From the NCBI GenBank assembly GCA_964016885.1, contig OZ024758.1, forward strand, positions 16,058,001 through 16,122,000: a stretch of DNA of 64,000 bases. Direction: 5' to 3'. Shown here one piece after another: positions 12,751-25,998 of this stretch. The notes under the pieces are model-generated. The model saw only the letters and a list, made by a program, of their open reading frames with translations, had not been told where the DNA came from and ran no database searches. Each line of letters begins with the position of its first letter. The first letter of the stretch is position 1. Origin of the DNA: Eledone cirrhosa. Lineage: Eukaryota. The translations under genes were made by a program, and so were the position numbers.

Positions 12751-13253
12751 AAGAAAGAAATCGATTGCGAAATCTGAGCAAAGGAAACAATATTGGGATT
12801 TATTTGATACTATCTGTTGGTGGAAAATACTGGCAGAAACGTTACCATTTTTCCAATGAAAGGAGCTGATAATCAGATTGGACCGAGGAAACAATGTGGA
12901 TCTTTCTTTGATACTATTATGTTGGTGGAAAATACTGTGTGTGTGTATGTGTGTCTGTGTGACAGACACACATACACACACAATCATTACGTCCCAGGTT
13001 CGATATCAAGGTATGTCATGTTTTAGGCAAAGTGTCATTTATCAAAGTCGCGAGTCGACCCAGCCTTTGTGAGTGAAATTTGGTAGACTGAAACTGTTTG
13101 GAAGCCCGTCAGTTGGACTATACCTGTAATTTAAAGGACCAGCCTTGTTATAATACACTGTATCATGCAGATTCTCCCTGAGATTTACATTAAGAATACA
13201 CATGTCTGTGGAATGCTCAGACACTTACGTTAATTTCATGAGCAGAACTGTTA

Positions 13254-13662
13254 CAGACTTGCCAACCCCTAAAAACTCAAACGGGGAGTACCATGAAAAA
13301 AAGGGCCCAAAACGGAGAGAAATGAGGTAAAATGGGAGAGATTTTACATAATTGTGAAGGCGTGTGGCTGAGGTTGTGAGTTCAATTCCTGGACCGGGCG
13401 ATGCGTTATGTTCTTGAGCAAGACACTTTATTTCACGTTGTTCCTTCTACCTGGAGTTTCAACCGATAAATAGTATTAGCATTTGGAAAGACCAATGGAA
13501 ACATTGTTTCCTCGGTCCGATTTGACGAAAGTCGATCGTTTCTTTTTGTAAATTCTTTTTACATAATGAAAGCTCTACCCATTTTCACAAGAGAAGACAT
13601 CTCTCACCCACCCCAAAGTGGGTGGGAGATCTCCCCGTCGGACGGGCAGAGTCGACAGGTCT
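13254..13662. mobile_element. Probable non-autonomous DNA transposon nested in a SINE-like repeat; end fragments at ~7058-7130 and 60221-60310
   Basis: Ends cagacttgccaac / gtcgacaggtct. 13570-13660 is the reverse complement of 60221-60310. Confidence 0.5.
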
Positions 13663-14089
13663 CCTGTTGATCGAACAACTGGAACATCGTTGAAACCGAC
13701 GGAGGACCATTTCAATAATGTAACTGTCATTCCTAATACTAGAGAAAAATATGCAGATCTATAACTAGTAGATGCGGCATAGGCATGTATTGGTCTTTGA
13801 TTGTAGCTTTAACTTCCTAGAAATAATCATTATTGTTTTGTTGCTAGTATGGATACATCTGTACGAAGTGAACTTCAAACGTACATTGAAAGTAAAGCGT
13901 CTGATACAAAATTTAGTCGATTAAAGGGCGGTGAACTGGCATATAAACATTAGCGTGTAGGATAACATGCTTTGCAGTATTTTTGTTCTGGATCTTTACG
14001 TTCTGAGTTCAAGTACCGCCGAGGTCAACTTTGCTTTTCATTCACCCGGAGGTCGATAAAATATAAATTATAGATTGCCAGTGAAGTTA

Positions 14090-14298
14090 GTTAAAGTTTG
14101 TTCTAAGCTGAGTGCTCATCAGGCCGCTTCTCGTCCCTAGAATCCTTGGCGCTAAGCGACTGAGAGTACAAGACGTTCCCTGGAGAGGACGCCAGTCTAT
14201 CACAGGTTTACCTCCCCAGATACTGTTGGTACTCACTCTCAGCTGAGTGTACTGGAGCGAGGTGAAATCAAGTGTTTTGCTCAAGAACATAACGCAGC
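14090..14298 (-). mobile_element. A different SINE family (body and tail); related head fragment at ~13362-13440
   Basis: Shared gcgttatgttcttgagcaa.acact motif. The head has a B-box-like gagttcaattcc. Confidence 0.55.
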
Positions 14299-15184
14299 AG
14301 TAAAATACTGTAATCGATTTAATCAACTTTACTCTGACCTCAAATTGCTGGTCTTCTGCCTAAATAAGAAACCAATATTTAATTGATTGGCCGAGTTGGT
14401 AGAGCGCCGGATATAATAGTCATTGAAATGAAACAATGCAGTTATTAATAGGAAGAGATGAAATTAATGCATGCAAGATTTCACAGCTCTGGCATCAATC
14501 CTTCATAATCAGTATATGAATTTTTCGGCCGACACTCGTAGATAATGTAGTCGCACATAGCTCTTAAATGACTAGATGGTCACGGCTGGAGCACCTTAGA
14601 TTGTACGTATATTAGGTAAGGCGTGACCTGGAATAAAGCAAAGACATTAACAGCAACTGGTTGAACTATTTAGAAGTCATTCACCTCAGCAACGTCTGCA
14701 AATCTAACACAGAAAAATGCAATTTATACGTTTGTGCATATCATAACTTGCAAACACGTTCACATCTCATATTACTCCAGACATGGTTGGTCGTCTGCCA
14801 AGAGGATATCTACTGTTCTGTAGAATCTGTCTACTTACCATTCCTCCACTAAGACGAATCTATTAGTAGGTCTTCCATTAAAAAATGCCCACACGTCTGC
14901 TGTCTGCTTATCTCTATATTTCATATTATATATTATGACACGTTTTCTTATTATCACAATCCTCATTCTCTCTTATATGCGCATATATACACTGGGTCCG
15001 AACACAAAGGAACCAAACTCCGACTGTCACTGCCTCCGTCTCTTCCGCTCTCCCCATCTCTCACTATTGTGAGATTTGCGATTCGTTGTAGAAATGTGAA
15101 GAAAACACGATTCTTTTTTTAAAGAGAGAGTAGTGACAGTGGACAAAAAATGGTACCGTCTATAACACCATCAAGTGCAAACTA

Positions 15185-15321
<137 letters not shown>

Positions 15322-15424
15322 CAACCCTTATCGAGTCATCTCCGGATTTTGGTTTGGTCTTTGTATTTAATGTTACTAATATATATATATATGTAAATAT
15401 ATAAATGTGTGTGTATATATATGC

Positions 15425-15498
<74 letters not shown>

Positions 15499-15511
15499 AT
15501 GTATATATATG

Positions 15512-15569
<58 letters not shown>

Positions 15570-15698
15570 CATATGTAGGAGGTGAGTTTTATTGTAGTAC
15601 AATAAAGCAATGCAGATATCGGATAAGAAGCACTCTACAGTTTGTAGGACTGGAGTATACATAATATAAGATCAAAAGATGGTTAAAGGAGTTCCATG

Positions 15699-15769
15699 TA
15701 TTTTATTATGCGCATTTCAAAAACAAACATCATCATGCAATAATATTTGTGTTTTCATCAGATAAAACA
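15699..15769 (-). ncRNA. Inverted copy of the family C hammerhead
   Basis: Exact reverse complement of 15871-15941 within the 15656-15816 / 15824-15984 inverted repeat. Confidence 0.88.
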
Positions 15770-15870
15770 GGAGAACATGATATGAAGGCTAAAAAACACT
15801 TGTGGATAGTGCAGTTGATTTAAAACTGCACTATCCACAAGTGTTTTTTAGCCTTCATATCATATTCTCC

Positions 15871-15941
15871 TGTTTTATCTGATGAAAACACAAATATTAT
15901 TGCATGATGATGTTTGTTTTTGAAATGCGCATAATAAAATA
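15871..15941 (+). ncRNA. Type I hammerhead motif, family C
   Basis: tgttttat-CTGATGA-aaac...gttttt-GAAA-tgcgca-TA-ataaaata: palindromic stem III. Confidence 0.88.
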
Positions 15942-15980
15942 CATGGAACTCCTTTAACCATCTTTTGATCTTATATTATG

Positions 15981-16065
<85 letters not shown>

Positions 16066-16120
16066 ATATATATATGTATATACATATATATATATGTATA
16101 TACATATATATATCTATACA

Positions 16121-16152
<32 letters not shown>

Positions 16153-16191
16153 CATGTATATACATATATATACATGTATATAAAATATATA

Positions 16192-16253
<62 letters not shown>

Positions 16254-16264
16254 CACACACACAA

Positions 16265-16303
<39 letters not shown>

Positions 16304-16413
16304 TATATATATATAATTATGTATACATATATACGTATATATGAGAGAGAAAGAGAGACAGAGAGAAAGAAGACAGATAATAAAAGGATATCAATGCGCT
16401 CTCTCTCCCCTCC

Positions 16414-16472
<59 letters not shown>

Positions 16473-16710
16473 TACACACACACACACATATATATACATA
16501 CATCTATATTATATCTAATGTTTCGATTGATTAGCATGAAAGTTTCAAATAAATCTAGCTCAGATTTTTCTGAATTTAAAAGATATCGGAAGCCAGACTA
16601 ACTTCTGGTTTTAGTATAGTTTGGTTATGAATTGTAAGATTTAGTTAGACCTGACAGTTAAAGAAGGTGGATAGATAGGTAGATAGGTAGATAGATATAT
16701 AGATAGATGG

Positions 16711-16805
<95 letters not shown>

Positions 16806-16909
16806 ATATACATATATACACAGATACCCGGATGTAACACATGCGCAAACTAAGCACACAACAAAAACATGGCGTAGGAGAGGCACACAAACAAAGAAAA
16901 GAATCCCCA

Positions 16910-16952
16910 GTCACTGAAGAGGTCACAGAATGTGTGACGAAAGAACTTTGAC
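16910..16952 (+). ncRNA. Hammerhead ribozyme-like motif, family A (element ~16825-17148)
   Basis: gtca-CTGAAGA-g-gtcaca[gaatg]tgtgac-GAAA-gaac-TT-tgac, with a 6-bp stem II. Confidence 0.7.
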
Positions 16953-17271
16953 AATATATGAACAATCGTCTGGTTGTGGAACCAACCAACCAACCGGAAA
17001 TTTATAAATTTAATTTATAATAAATTGAAGTGAAAGCAACTGGTGCGTGTTTTTCTTATTGGCAACATGACCCTCCCAAAGCATAACAATATCGGTTTCA
17101 ACACACGTTTTCAGATAAAGAATCTTGGTAAATAAATTCAGAAACGATATATATATATATATAAACAATAAGTTATATGGTTTGTTGATTATCATTCAAC
17201 AAAGTTAATTTTGTGTCCTTGAAATACGTATAATAAAATAAATATGGTATTATATAGATATTTTCCATTTA

Positions 17272-17339
<68 letters not shown>

Positions 17340-17605
17340 TATATAATGTCTAATTTCTCGTGCGCATATAAAGAAACATATCTATCTATCTATCTATCTA
17401 TCTTGATAGAGTAAGACACGCTTCGCATCGGCTCCGCTATTCCATCGGGATTTACCCTTACTATTGTAAGTACCGGATAAATTTTTTAGTGCAACACATT
17501 TGGAACACTAACCCCTGTTATTTAGGGAAACATTTTTGCATTTACCCCCTTTTTAGGGGGTAAAATAAATATCTATTTTTGCCGAAAAATTTCTTTCTTG
17601 GCAGC

Positions 17606-19440
17606 ATGGCGGAAAAGATGGCAGACATGTCTGCCATTAGCTCTGCCACGCCCCCCAAGTCTGAAGAACAAAAAATAATTACAACAAAATTAGACATTGA
17701 AACAAACAAACAAAATGAAAAAACAAATGTTAAGGAAAATGAGCAAACAGAAAACAAACAAACAGAAAATAATACAAATAACGACAGGGCAACTTTCGCC
17801 CAGAAAACAAAGCAATCCATTACATACACACCAATTGACCTAACTGCCGCCAGAGAAAAACTGGCTGAAGCAAAGAAACATATTGTTTTGGGGGAGAACG
17901 GAATGTTTTCCATTAACTCCCCCCCAGAATTCAAGAAAGCCAGAGCAGAAAACACAGTTATATACAGAACTATACTAAACCAGTCAAGAAAGCCAGCACA
18001 GCCCAGCCAAATGGAAATAGAGTTAGTCCTAAAAGACTATATGAAGAATATTCTCTTCATACGAAAGGACCGACTCTATGGCAGCATTTCGGTCCTAACA
18101 AGAGACAAAGAAACGGCGGTTCAGCTTTCCCTAAGCCCACTCTCGTCGACAACATATAGCTTCTATCCCTCCTACATGGGTAGAAGAACACAGAGAATAA
18201 AAGTAAAAACAATGCTGCCCACAATGGACTTCTGGTGGGCTATTGCTGGCTTCATTGATATGGGCGAAGACACTATGCTGTCAATGGGGAAGGCAACTGG
18301 AGATGCGTTCCTGGGAATGGGCCTCGACATACTAGTCCAAATGAGGCCCGAAAGAATAGCACAAATCCCGGATCGCATCTGGCTGGATGACCTTACCCCA
18401 ATAGACATAATTGTAGAGGGGAGAAGACCAGCATGCTATTTATGCATGGAAAGGGGACACGTTAAGGCTAACTGCCCGAAACGTATCCCCCAAAAAGGAC
18501 TATTGCCCACACCCACCACAAACAGTACACCAGCACCACCCACCTCCAAAAATACACTAATACCACACACAGCAAACAAAATACAGACACCACCAACCAC
18601 AAACACAACACAAACATCACCACCACCAGCACCAAACACAAGCACGACACAAAAATCACCACCACCAACCACAACACAAACATCACCACCACCATTACCT
18701 ACCACAAGCACGACACAAACATTACCACCACCACCACCACAAAACCCATTCCAAACAAATAATAAAAAAAACAGTAACAAATCTACCCCTCCCGCAAAAA
18801 AAAACAACCACACAACACGTCCCTCCCACCTAGCGCTGAAGAGTTTCCCCCAACTTCTGAAGAAGAAGGAGGAGAAGCCTTCAGACAAGTTAAAAGAAAA
18901 AAAAGAAAACACACACCCAGCACACCACAAATAACCCACACACAAACACCAACTCCAATCAAAAACACCCCACCCTCAACAAACAAAAATAAATCTGCGC
19001 CTCCCCTCTCCGAAACATTGACAGCATCACAAAAAAAGACGTTGCAATACACATATATAAATAAAGAAAACAAAAAACTGGTTAAATTAATAAACAATAA
19101 CCCTATGGTGCAGACCGAAGGGCCAAACTTTATCTCAACAGAGAACTTCACCCATTTAAAAATGATAAAGGTCCCTCTGGACCTTTATCGTTCCTTAAAA
19201 GAACAATTTAGACGGGACGTGAGCCCCCCCTGTTTAAAACCGTTGAATCGCGTCCTCTTGAAAGATTTCCCCATAACCGCCCCTCTCCCTGACACAACTC
19301 CAAATACCCCAACCCCACCACACACGTGTACCCCCACACCACCACAAAACATCCCTCCACCCAACACACCTGATGCCATGGAAATTACGCAACCCGGAGA
19401 GGTAAGTGCTTTTCTTTCTTCACTTTCAACACCAAAATAG
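17606..19440 (+). CDS. LINE ORF1 (gag-like nucleic-acid-binding protein) with one frameshift in an A9 run at 18796-18804
   Basis: ATG at 17606 (MAEKM), zinc knuckle CYLCMERGHVKANC and a Pro/Thr-rich linker. Shifting frame at the A run reads AEEFPPTSEEEGGEAFRQVKRKKRK and joins the 19018-19440 ORF to TAG 19440. Confidence 0.85.
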
Positions 19441-19445
19441 ATCAA

Positions 19446-22400
19446 TTGAGAGTTGGCTGTTTGAACGCGCGTGGCCTGAGCTCAGCTTGGAAGCAAGCAA
19501 AGCTTCTAAGTGACCTCAGGTCACAAAGTATAGATGTGATGGTTGTTTGCGAGAGTCGGATCAGCAGCGTGAGACAGCTGGCGCCCGCCTTCGATGACTT
19601 TGAGATGCACGCATCTCTCTGTCAACCCGGAGGCGGGGGGGGGGGGGGGAGTTGCCGTACTGCTGGATAAACGTCTGACTCTCGACGTACAGATTGTTCA
19701 CTCGGACCCGGGGGGTCGATTACTGGTGCTGGACGTCGGAGGTGGTGAAGGCGGGGCTTTCAGACTGGTCGGTCTTTATGCTCCCTTCGGGGCGGAGAGA
19801 GCCGACTTCTTCCAACGTCTGGAGACTTTTCTAGGAACGTCGCGTTCCCTGCTTTTAGTGGGGGACTGGAATGGAATCCTAGATGCGCGTTGGGACTATG
19901 CAGGGGCATGTCCCGATAGAGGGGGGTGTAGCAGCCTCAAGGGGTTACTCGATCGATTCGACCTGGTCGATAGATTTCGACTAGATTGTCCAACTGCGCC
20001 AACCTGGACCTGGGCAAACCGCAGTGGACAATCTAGATCGTACTTAGATAGGTTTTTGGTTAGGAGTAAGGATAGGGACGTATTTAGTTGTCCAGAACTG
20101 ATCATGGTTGGCTATTCAGATCACAAATTAGTGACCTGCGTGGTCAACCTTGATAGAACGCATAGACAGGGTCCCGGTTACTGGAAGATGAACTTGTCCT
20201 TACCGACAAAGAAAGATTACAGAAACCGGATTAGTAGCTTAGTTAAGATGCGGTTGACGGGAGCGATCGTCAACAGTAGGTGGTGGATATCTCTAAAGAG
20301 AGAGATTAGAGTAAGTTCGATAGGTTACAGTAAGGAACTAGCGGCGAATAGAAATAGGAGGGAAAGGGAGTTAACAGATAAACTAGAAGAGGCGATTAGG
20401 AGCGGAGACGTAGCCAGAGTGTTAGCGACGAGAACGGCATTGAGCCAGTTCTTTGACGCGAAACACGAAGGCTGCGTTGTCCGAAGTAAAATACGTGCTT
20501 TAGGAAACGAGGGGACCAAAGCTGTTAGCTGGGCCCGCGTGACAGAAGCCAAGAGTGGGATTAAATCCACCATTCGGTCTTTGCGAGACCAGAATGGACG
20601 GGTGATCCTTGAACCTGAGCGAATGTGCGAGACCTTTCAAAGGCACTTTGCTCGACTGTTCGGAGGTGGCGGGGGGCCGGACGGGGATGTGGACTTCGGT
20701 CCATACCTCGACGGTCTACCGCGTCTTTCGAGCGGCGAAGCGGAGTGCTGCGAAGGGCCAATCACAGCCACTGAAATCGGGGAAACGCTCAGCCAATGCA
20801 GCAGACGCAAATCCCCGGGTCTCGATGGTCTACCATACGAACTTTATTTAGCTATGCCGGTCTTGTTCTCCGAACTCCTCGAGGCTGTCTATTGCAACTG
20901 GCAACAGAACGGGAGAATTCCCTGTTCTGTGACCAAGGGCGTGGTCACGCTAGTGAGGAAGGACGAGAGCAAGGGGGACGACTTAAGTAACTTTAGGCCC
21001 ATAACTCTGCTGAATGCAGAGTTACAGATTTTGGCCAAGGTGTTGGCGAAGAGGTTGGCGCTTGTGGTGGGTGGTTTGGTGGGAGACGCGCAGACATGCG
21101 CTATCCCGTCCAGGTCCATTCACGACAACCTCCACCTCATGCGATACATCATAGAGAGGGTTGGCTACGAACCCGGCTTTGGTGGGGCCCTGATCAACTT
21201 GGATCATTCTAAGGCGTTCGATAGGGTCGACCATGGTTACCTGGATGCGGTGCTAGCGGCGGCGGGCTTCGGACCCGTTTTCAGGGGCTGGATTTCTGCC
21301 ATGCACAGTGGCAACATCTACTCTAGGATTAAAGTAAACGGCTACCTCTCGGAGCCGTTTCAAATCACCCGATCCATCAGACAGGGGTGCCCCCTCTCCT
21401 CCCTTCTGTACGTATTGACTCTCGAGCCACTGCTGCGGAAGTTGGAGTTGCTGCGGGGCATACCCCTGGAACCGGGATTGCACAAAGCGGTCTCGGCCTA
21501 TGCCGACGACGTAACAGTAATGGTGGCGGACGCCTCGGAAATCGGGGCGATCGCCACCCTACTGGAGGAATACGAAAGGCTGACGGGGGCTAAGCTGAAC
21601 CAGGACAAGTCAGTCGGTTTGCAACTTGGAACGTGGAGGGGCAAACCGATGCCGTTAGACGGTGTCGTCGGGCGGTGGACGGAGGGCCCGGTGAAGCTGC
21701 TCGGGGTCTGGTTCGGACCGGACCTCCAGGTGGAGAAGAATTGGGGCGAGGTGACGAGCAGGGTGTTTGCGCTGACCCAGAAGTGGGCCAAGTGCAAACT
21801 ATCACTGAAAGGTCGGGCGGAGGTGACGAACGCTTACATAGCGTCCGTCATCTACTACCGCCTGACCGTCGTGCCTTGCCCCAAGGAAAAGCTCACCATC
21901 ATGGAACGCATGCTCTTCCAGTTCCTCTGGAAGAAGCGGCCTCCCATGGTGAGGAGATCCATCTGCTGCCAGCACCCTTCGAAAGGAGGGCTGGGTATGC
22001 CGTGGCTGTTGATGCGTAGGCACGCATTGAGGCTACGGCATCTACAGGTATTCCTCAACGGTCAGCCGGTGTGGGCCCCGTTTGTGAGGCGAGCCTTCCC
22101 ACAGCTCGTCTCGCTCACCGAACTGCAATCCTGGGTGAAGCAAAGACCGAGAAAACTGGGCAACTGGCACACTGAGTGTGCCCAGGCGCTCACGGCTATC
22201 TGGCAAGCGGACCCGACTGTCAGTGGAGAATCCACCTCGACATTCTATAGAGGGTTGGTGGCTAGCAGGGGCGACGACACCCTTGGAGAGTCGCTAGGCA
22301 TGGAGGAGGACGAACTGGCCAGCCTGTTCGGTAGAACTTTCGGCCCGGGACCCATGGACAACTTCCAGAGGTCCCTAGCCTGGCAGTGTTACCGGGGGGC

Positions 22401-22881
22401 TCTGCCCGTTCGAGAAAAGCTCTACAGACACGGGCGCCCGGGCAGGGATCCCGCGAAAAAGATCTGTCCCAGATGCGTGCGCGACGAGGAAACCGTTGCG
22501 CATGCACTGGTACACTGCCCGGGCGTTGCCGATCTGTGGGGCTACGTCGAACGACTGCTGTCGCGTGTGGCGCCGATTCGATTAACCGCCGAGTCTGTGG
22601 TGAACATCAAGCCGCCTCCTCCCTTCAGAAATGAAGCAGAGGCGGTCTTTCTGTGCGTAATAGCCATGATGAAAGAGGTTGTGTGGTGGACGCGCCTGAA
22701 AGGTCTGAGGTCGGGTGACTTTCTCTCCGGCCATCACCTGGTTTACTTCTTCCGATACCACTTCGGAAGAAGAATCAGGATGGAGAGAGAAGTGCTTGGT
22801 CCCAGACAGTTTTATGAAAGGTGGGTGAAAGAAGCGAGAATGGCCCGTGTAAATGGGCCTTCTCTCTACATTGTTCTGTAG
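19446..22881 (+). CDS. LINE ORF2: APE endonuclease + reverse transcriptase + C-terminal zinc finger, one frameshift in G15 at 19635-19649
   Basis: APE motifs CLNARGL, VCES, GDWN, LDRF, SDH. RT motifs KSPGLDGL, FRPITLLN, AFDRVDH, RQGCPLS, YADD. C-terminal CPRC-x-ETVAHALVHC. Confidence 0.95.
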
Positions 22882-23132
22882 GTGAAGAAGTGAAGAGGAA
22901 AGGGGGAGCGCCTCCTCTCTGGGCTTCCCCCGCGAAAAGAGTTGCACACTTTTCGGGGGTATGTGCAATCCCCAACACGCCCCCTCCCTTTTGAGGACTT
23001 TTTATTGTTATATTATTATTGTTATTCCTTTTTTCTTTACTCGATTTATGTAAACTCCCCCACTGTGTAAATGTCCCCTTCTTTTGTGCCCTCGTGGCAA
23101 ATAAATAGAAATTTATCTATCTATCTATCTAT

Positions 23133-23848
23133 GAGGGAGCCAAAGCTGTTAGCTGGGCCCGAGTGGCAGAGGCAAAAAGTGGCAACAAATCCACAATTCG
23201 GTTTTTGCAAGACGAAAATGGACGCATTCTACTTGAATCCAAGCAGATGTTCACGGCCTTCCAGCAGCATTTTGCGCAACTGTTCGAGCAAAGCGGTACG
23301 TCGAGGGAGGTGTTGGACTTCAGCTCCTACCTCGACGGCGTACCACAACTCTCGAGCGCACGGATGCAGAGAGCTGCGAAAGGCCGATCACTGTGGGCGA
23401 AATAGAAGATGCCCTAAGCCGCTGAGGGAAACGCAAATCACCCGGTTTAGATGGTCTACCCTATGAGTTTTACATAGGCATGCCAGACTTGTTCTCTGGC
23501 ATCCTCGAAGCGGTCTATTGCAACTGGCAGCAGAACAGGAGGATTCCCAGTTCTGTAGGCAGCAGCATAGTAACGCTGATCAGGAAAGATAAGAACAAGG
23601 AGGATGAGATAAGCAATTTCAGGCCCTTAACTCTGCTCAACACGAAGTTAAAGATTTTGGCCAAGGCGTTAGCAGCGAGGCTGGCGCTTGTCGCCGAGGA
23701 CCTGGTAGGGGAAGCGCAAACGTGTGCAATCCCAACCAGGTCCATACACGACAACCTCCACTTCATGCGATACAACATAGAGAGGGTTGGGTGTAAACCT
23801 GGCTTCGGTGGGGCTCTGATCAATTTAGATCAGTCTAAGGCATTTGAT
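23133..23848 (+). pseudogene. Diverged internal ORF2 fragment of a related Tx1 subfamily, truncated at both ends
   Basis: Aligns by eye to 20510-21222 (KSPGLDGLPYE...NFRPLTLLN...LINLDQSKAFD) with frameshifts. It starts right after (TATC)n and ends in (CA)n. Confidence 0.9.
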
Positions 23849-23857
23849 ACACACACA

Positions 23858-23946
<89 letters not shown>

Positions 23947-24425
23947 TGTACACACAAACACAAACACATACACACCCACTTACACAAACACACACACACG
24001 CACACGCACACACACATATACACACATACACACAAGCTCCCATACACACACACACACGAATGATGACAATGGAGAGTTATATTCTAATATTCTGATGATA
24101 TACTGTGATATGGTGTGACGTGATAAGATATACAGTTTTATAGCTTCCCGTTGCTTTACAATGGCTAGCTCAGGCTGGATCAGGTGTATGGCTACTTAAT
24201 ACATAGGAAATAATGGCGAACTTATATATGTTATATATGACGAAGTGCTGATGGTGGTCAAGATTTCTGTAAAAAATATCTTTCTTTCTTATTCTCCATT
24301 CCTTCATTAAAATCTACGCCAACAAAATAGTTTTCATTTACTTGCATGCAGAAACACTATCATCAGGAGCTTTAATGAAAAGTACGTTAATATATCTATC
24401 TGTGTTTATAAATATCAGTGTTTAT

Positions 24426-24498
24426 TATTGAGTCGCCCAGTATGAAATTTGTAGAAAAACCCCCAATTTCTACAAATATCATCGTTGACGACCCAATA
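24426..24498. mobile_element. Tiny TIR-only element (~73 bp), mariner-like ends
   Basis: Imperfect inverted repeat tattgagtcg..atttgtagaaa / tttctacaaat..cgacccaata. A similar end lies at ~48163-48197. Confidence 0.5.
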
Positions 24499-24785
24499 TA
24501 TGTATGTATGTTCTTCTGGTTTTATAATTTCCCAATTTTTTTCCCCCAATAGAGAGAGAGAGAGTCGGTTTCTAACATAGACACAAGACTCTCATTGGAA
24601 TTTACACAACATCAACTAGGTAGATATGTATGTATGCATGCATGTGTAGATATGGATGTTATTGTATGTGTGGATGAGTTGTATGTGTGCATGTGTATAT
24701 GCTTTGTATCTGTACATGTGTACATGCAGTTATTAGATGCAAAATTTTTGGAATGTTTGACATATTATATATGTATGTATGTATG

Positions 24786-25320
24786 TGGGGTCACTCTTGA
24801 GTGCTATTGGTAACATGTAACCCAGTACAACCTGTCGCATGGTCGGGTCGTCGGCGACTAAACCGGCAACCCCACCAAGTTTACTTGGTGAGGAGGGTGA
24901 TTTTGGACACCCTGCAAGACAAAAAACAAAACCTGACCAAGGGCGGAAGAACTCATAAGAGTCAACGGCCATCCAAAATTGTGTAAATATGTATATAGAC
25001 ATGTACCGCCCGGTTAAACCACTGGGAGCGAAGGACCCCTAGCCTTTGTCAGGGCATTCTTCTAGGAGAAGGCAACTCAGGAAACTGGGATAACTCCGAT
25101 ATAAAACCTGCGGCTCAGTAGTTACCGATGATATCAATCTTTTCTTCTTTTCGGGTTATAGCTACTGTCGCTCAGAGAGTGGGATTGGCTCAGTGCACAG
25201 TCTTTCCTCACTTTAAAAAATATCTTTCACGCACAGGCATTGCACGATAGAATTAATTAATAATTATTAATAATGGTATATCGTGCAATGGCCATACTCG
25301 ATAAGGAGGGGGCAGCCATC
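24786..25320 (+). mobile_element. Related bipartite RTE derivative ending in (ATGT)n
   Basis: Shares the 5' block (caacctgtc.catggtcgggtcgt..gcgactaaac.ggcaacc) and the 3' ggcc.tactcga....gag..ggcagcca end with the two copies above. Confidence 0.7.
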
Positions 25321-25635
25321 ATGTATGTATGTATGTATGTATGTATGTATGTATGTATGTATGTATGTATGTATGTATGTATGTATGTATGTATTAATTT
25401 CCACACATAAGCACATAGCCATGCACACACGCAGACACACAGACAAAACACATATACACACACATATGTATACATAGATTGACATATTCAAACATAAATG
25501 TGAGGTTCAGCGCTAAATGATATCCTATCACAAAAACAAAATCGCTTATCACATATCCTGTTATGGTTTTACTTTTTACTTTCGTACTACATGGAGCTCT
25601 TCCGGTGTTATTGGTCCTACCAAAGACAGGTAGAA

Positions 25636-25693
<58 letters not shown>

Positions 25694-25839
25694 TTTTGAG
25701 TTTATGTTGGTTGTATACCAACACCTCAGTATGCAGGCTGGAGCACTCGACGAAGTGCGCAGGTTGGTTTGGTTACTCCGGAGTAGTGTAAAATAAAGTT
25801 AAATAAAAGTCAAATGATTAAAATTTAGCTTCGTTTATT

Positions 25840-25894
25840 ACTGCTATATATATTTCAGTGACAGCCATCTTTGGCTGTGACCTCTTCAGGCAGT
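25840..25894 (-). ncRNA. Inverted copy of the family E hammerhead
   Basis: Lies in 107-bp inverted arms 25789-25895 / 25998-26104. Confidence 0.88.
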
Positions 25895-25998
25895 TTGAAT
25901 TAGTATGGTATAGACAAGTACATATGTTGTTTAGGTATATAATATTGTCAATACTCAGATATGCCCAGTTCCTTGTTGGGTTGTTAATTCACTGGGGA

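Larger units (their letters stand above)
17404..23113 (+). mobile_element. Near full-length L1/Tx1-clade non-LTR retrotransposon inserted in a (TATC)n tract
   Basis: Two long ORFs (CCHC-knuckle ORF1; APE-RT-CCHC ORF2) and a 3' UTR ending in AATAAA at ~23100. TATC repeats lie on both sides (17379-17403, 23114-23132). ORF2 is GC-rich against an AT-rich background. Confidence 0.95.

Noticed and set aside
14095-14125. CTGATGAG on the minus strand
   Set aside because: It is part of a SINE tail and no GAAA or stem III follows.
17542-22978. Antisense and alternate-frame ORFs overlapping the LINE
   Set aside because: Shadow ORFs of GC-rich or repetitive coding sequence with no motifs.
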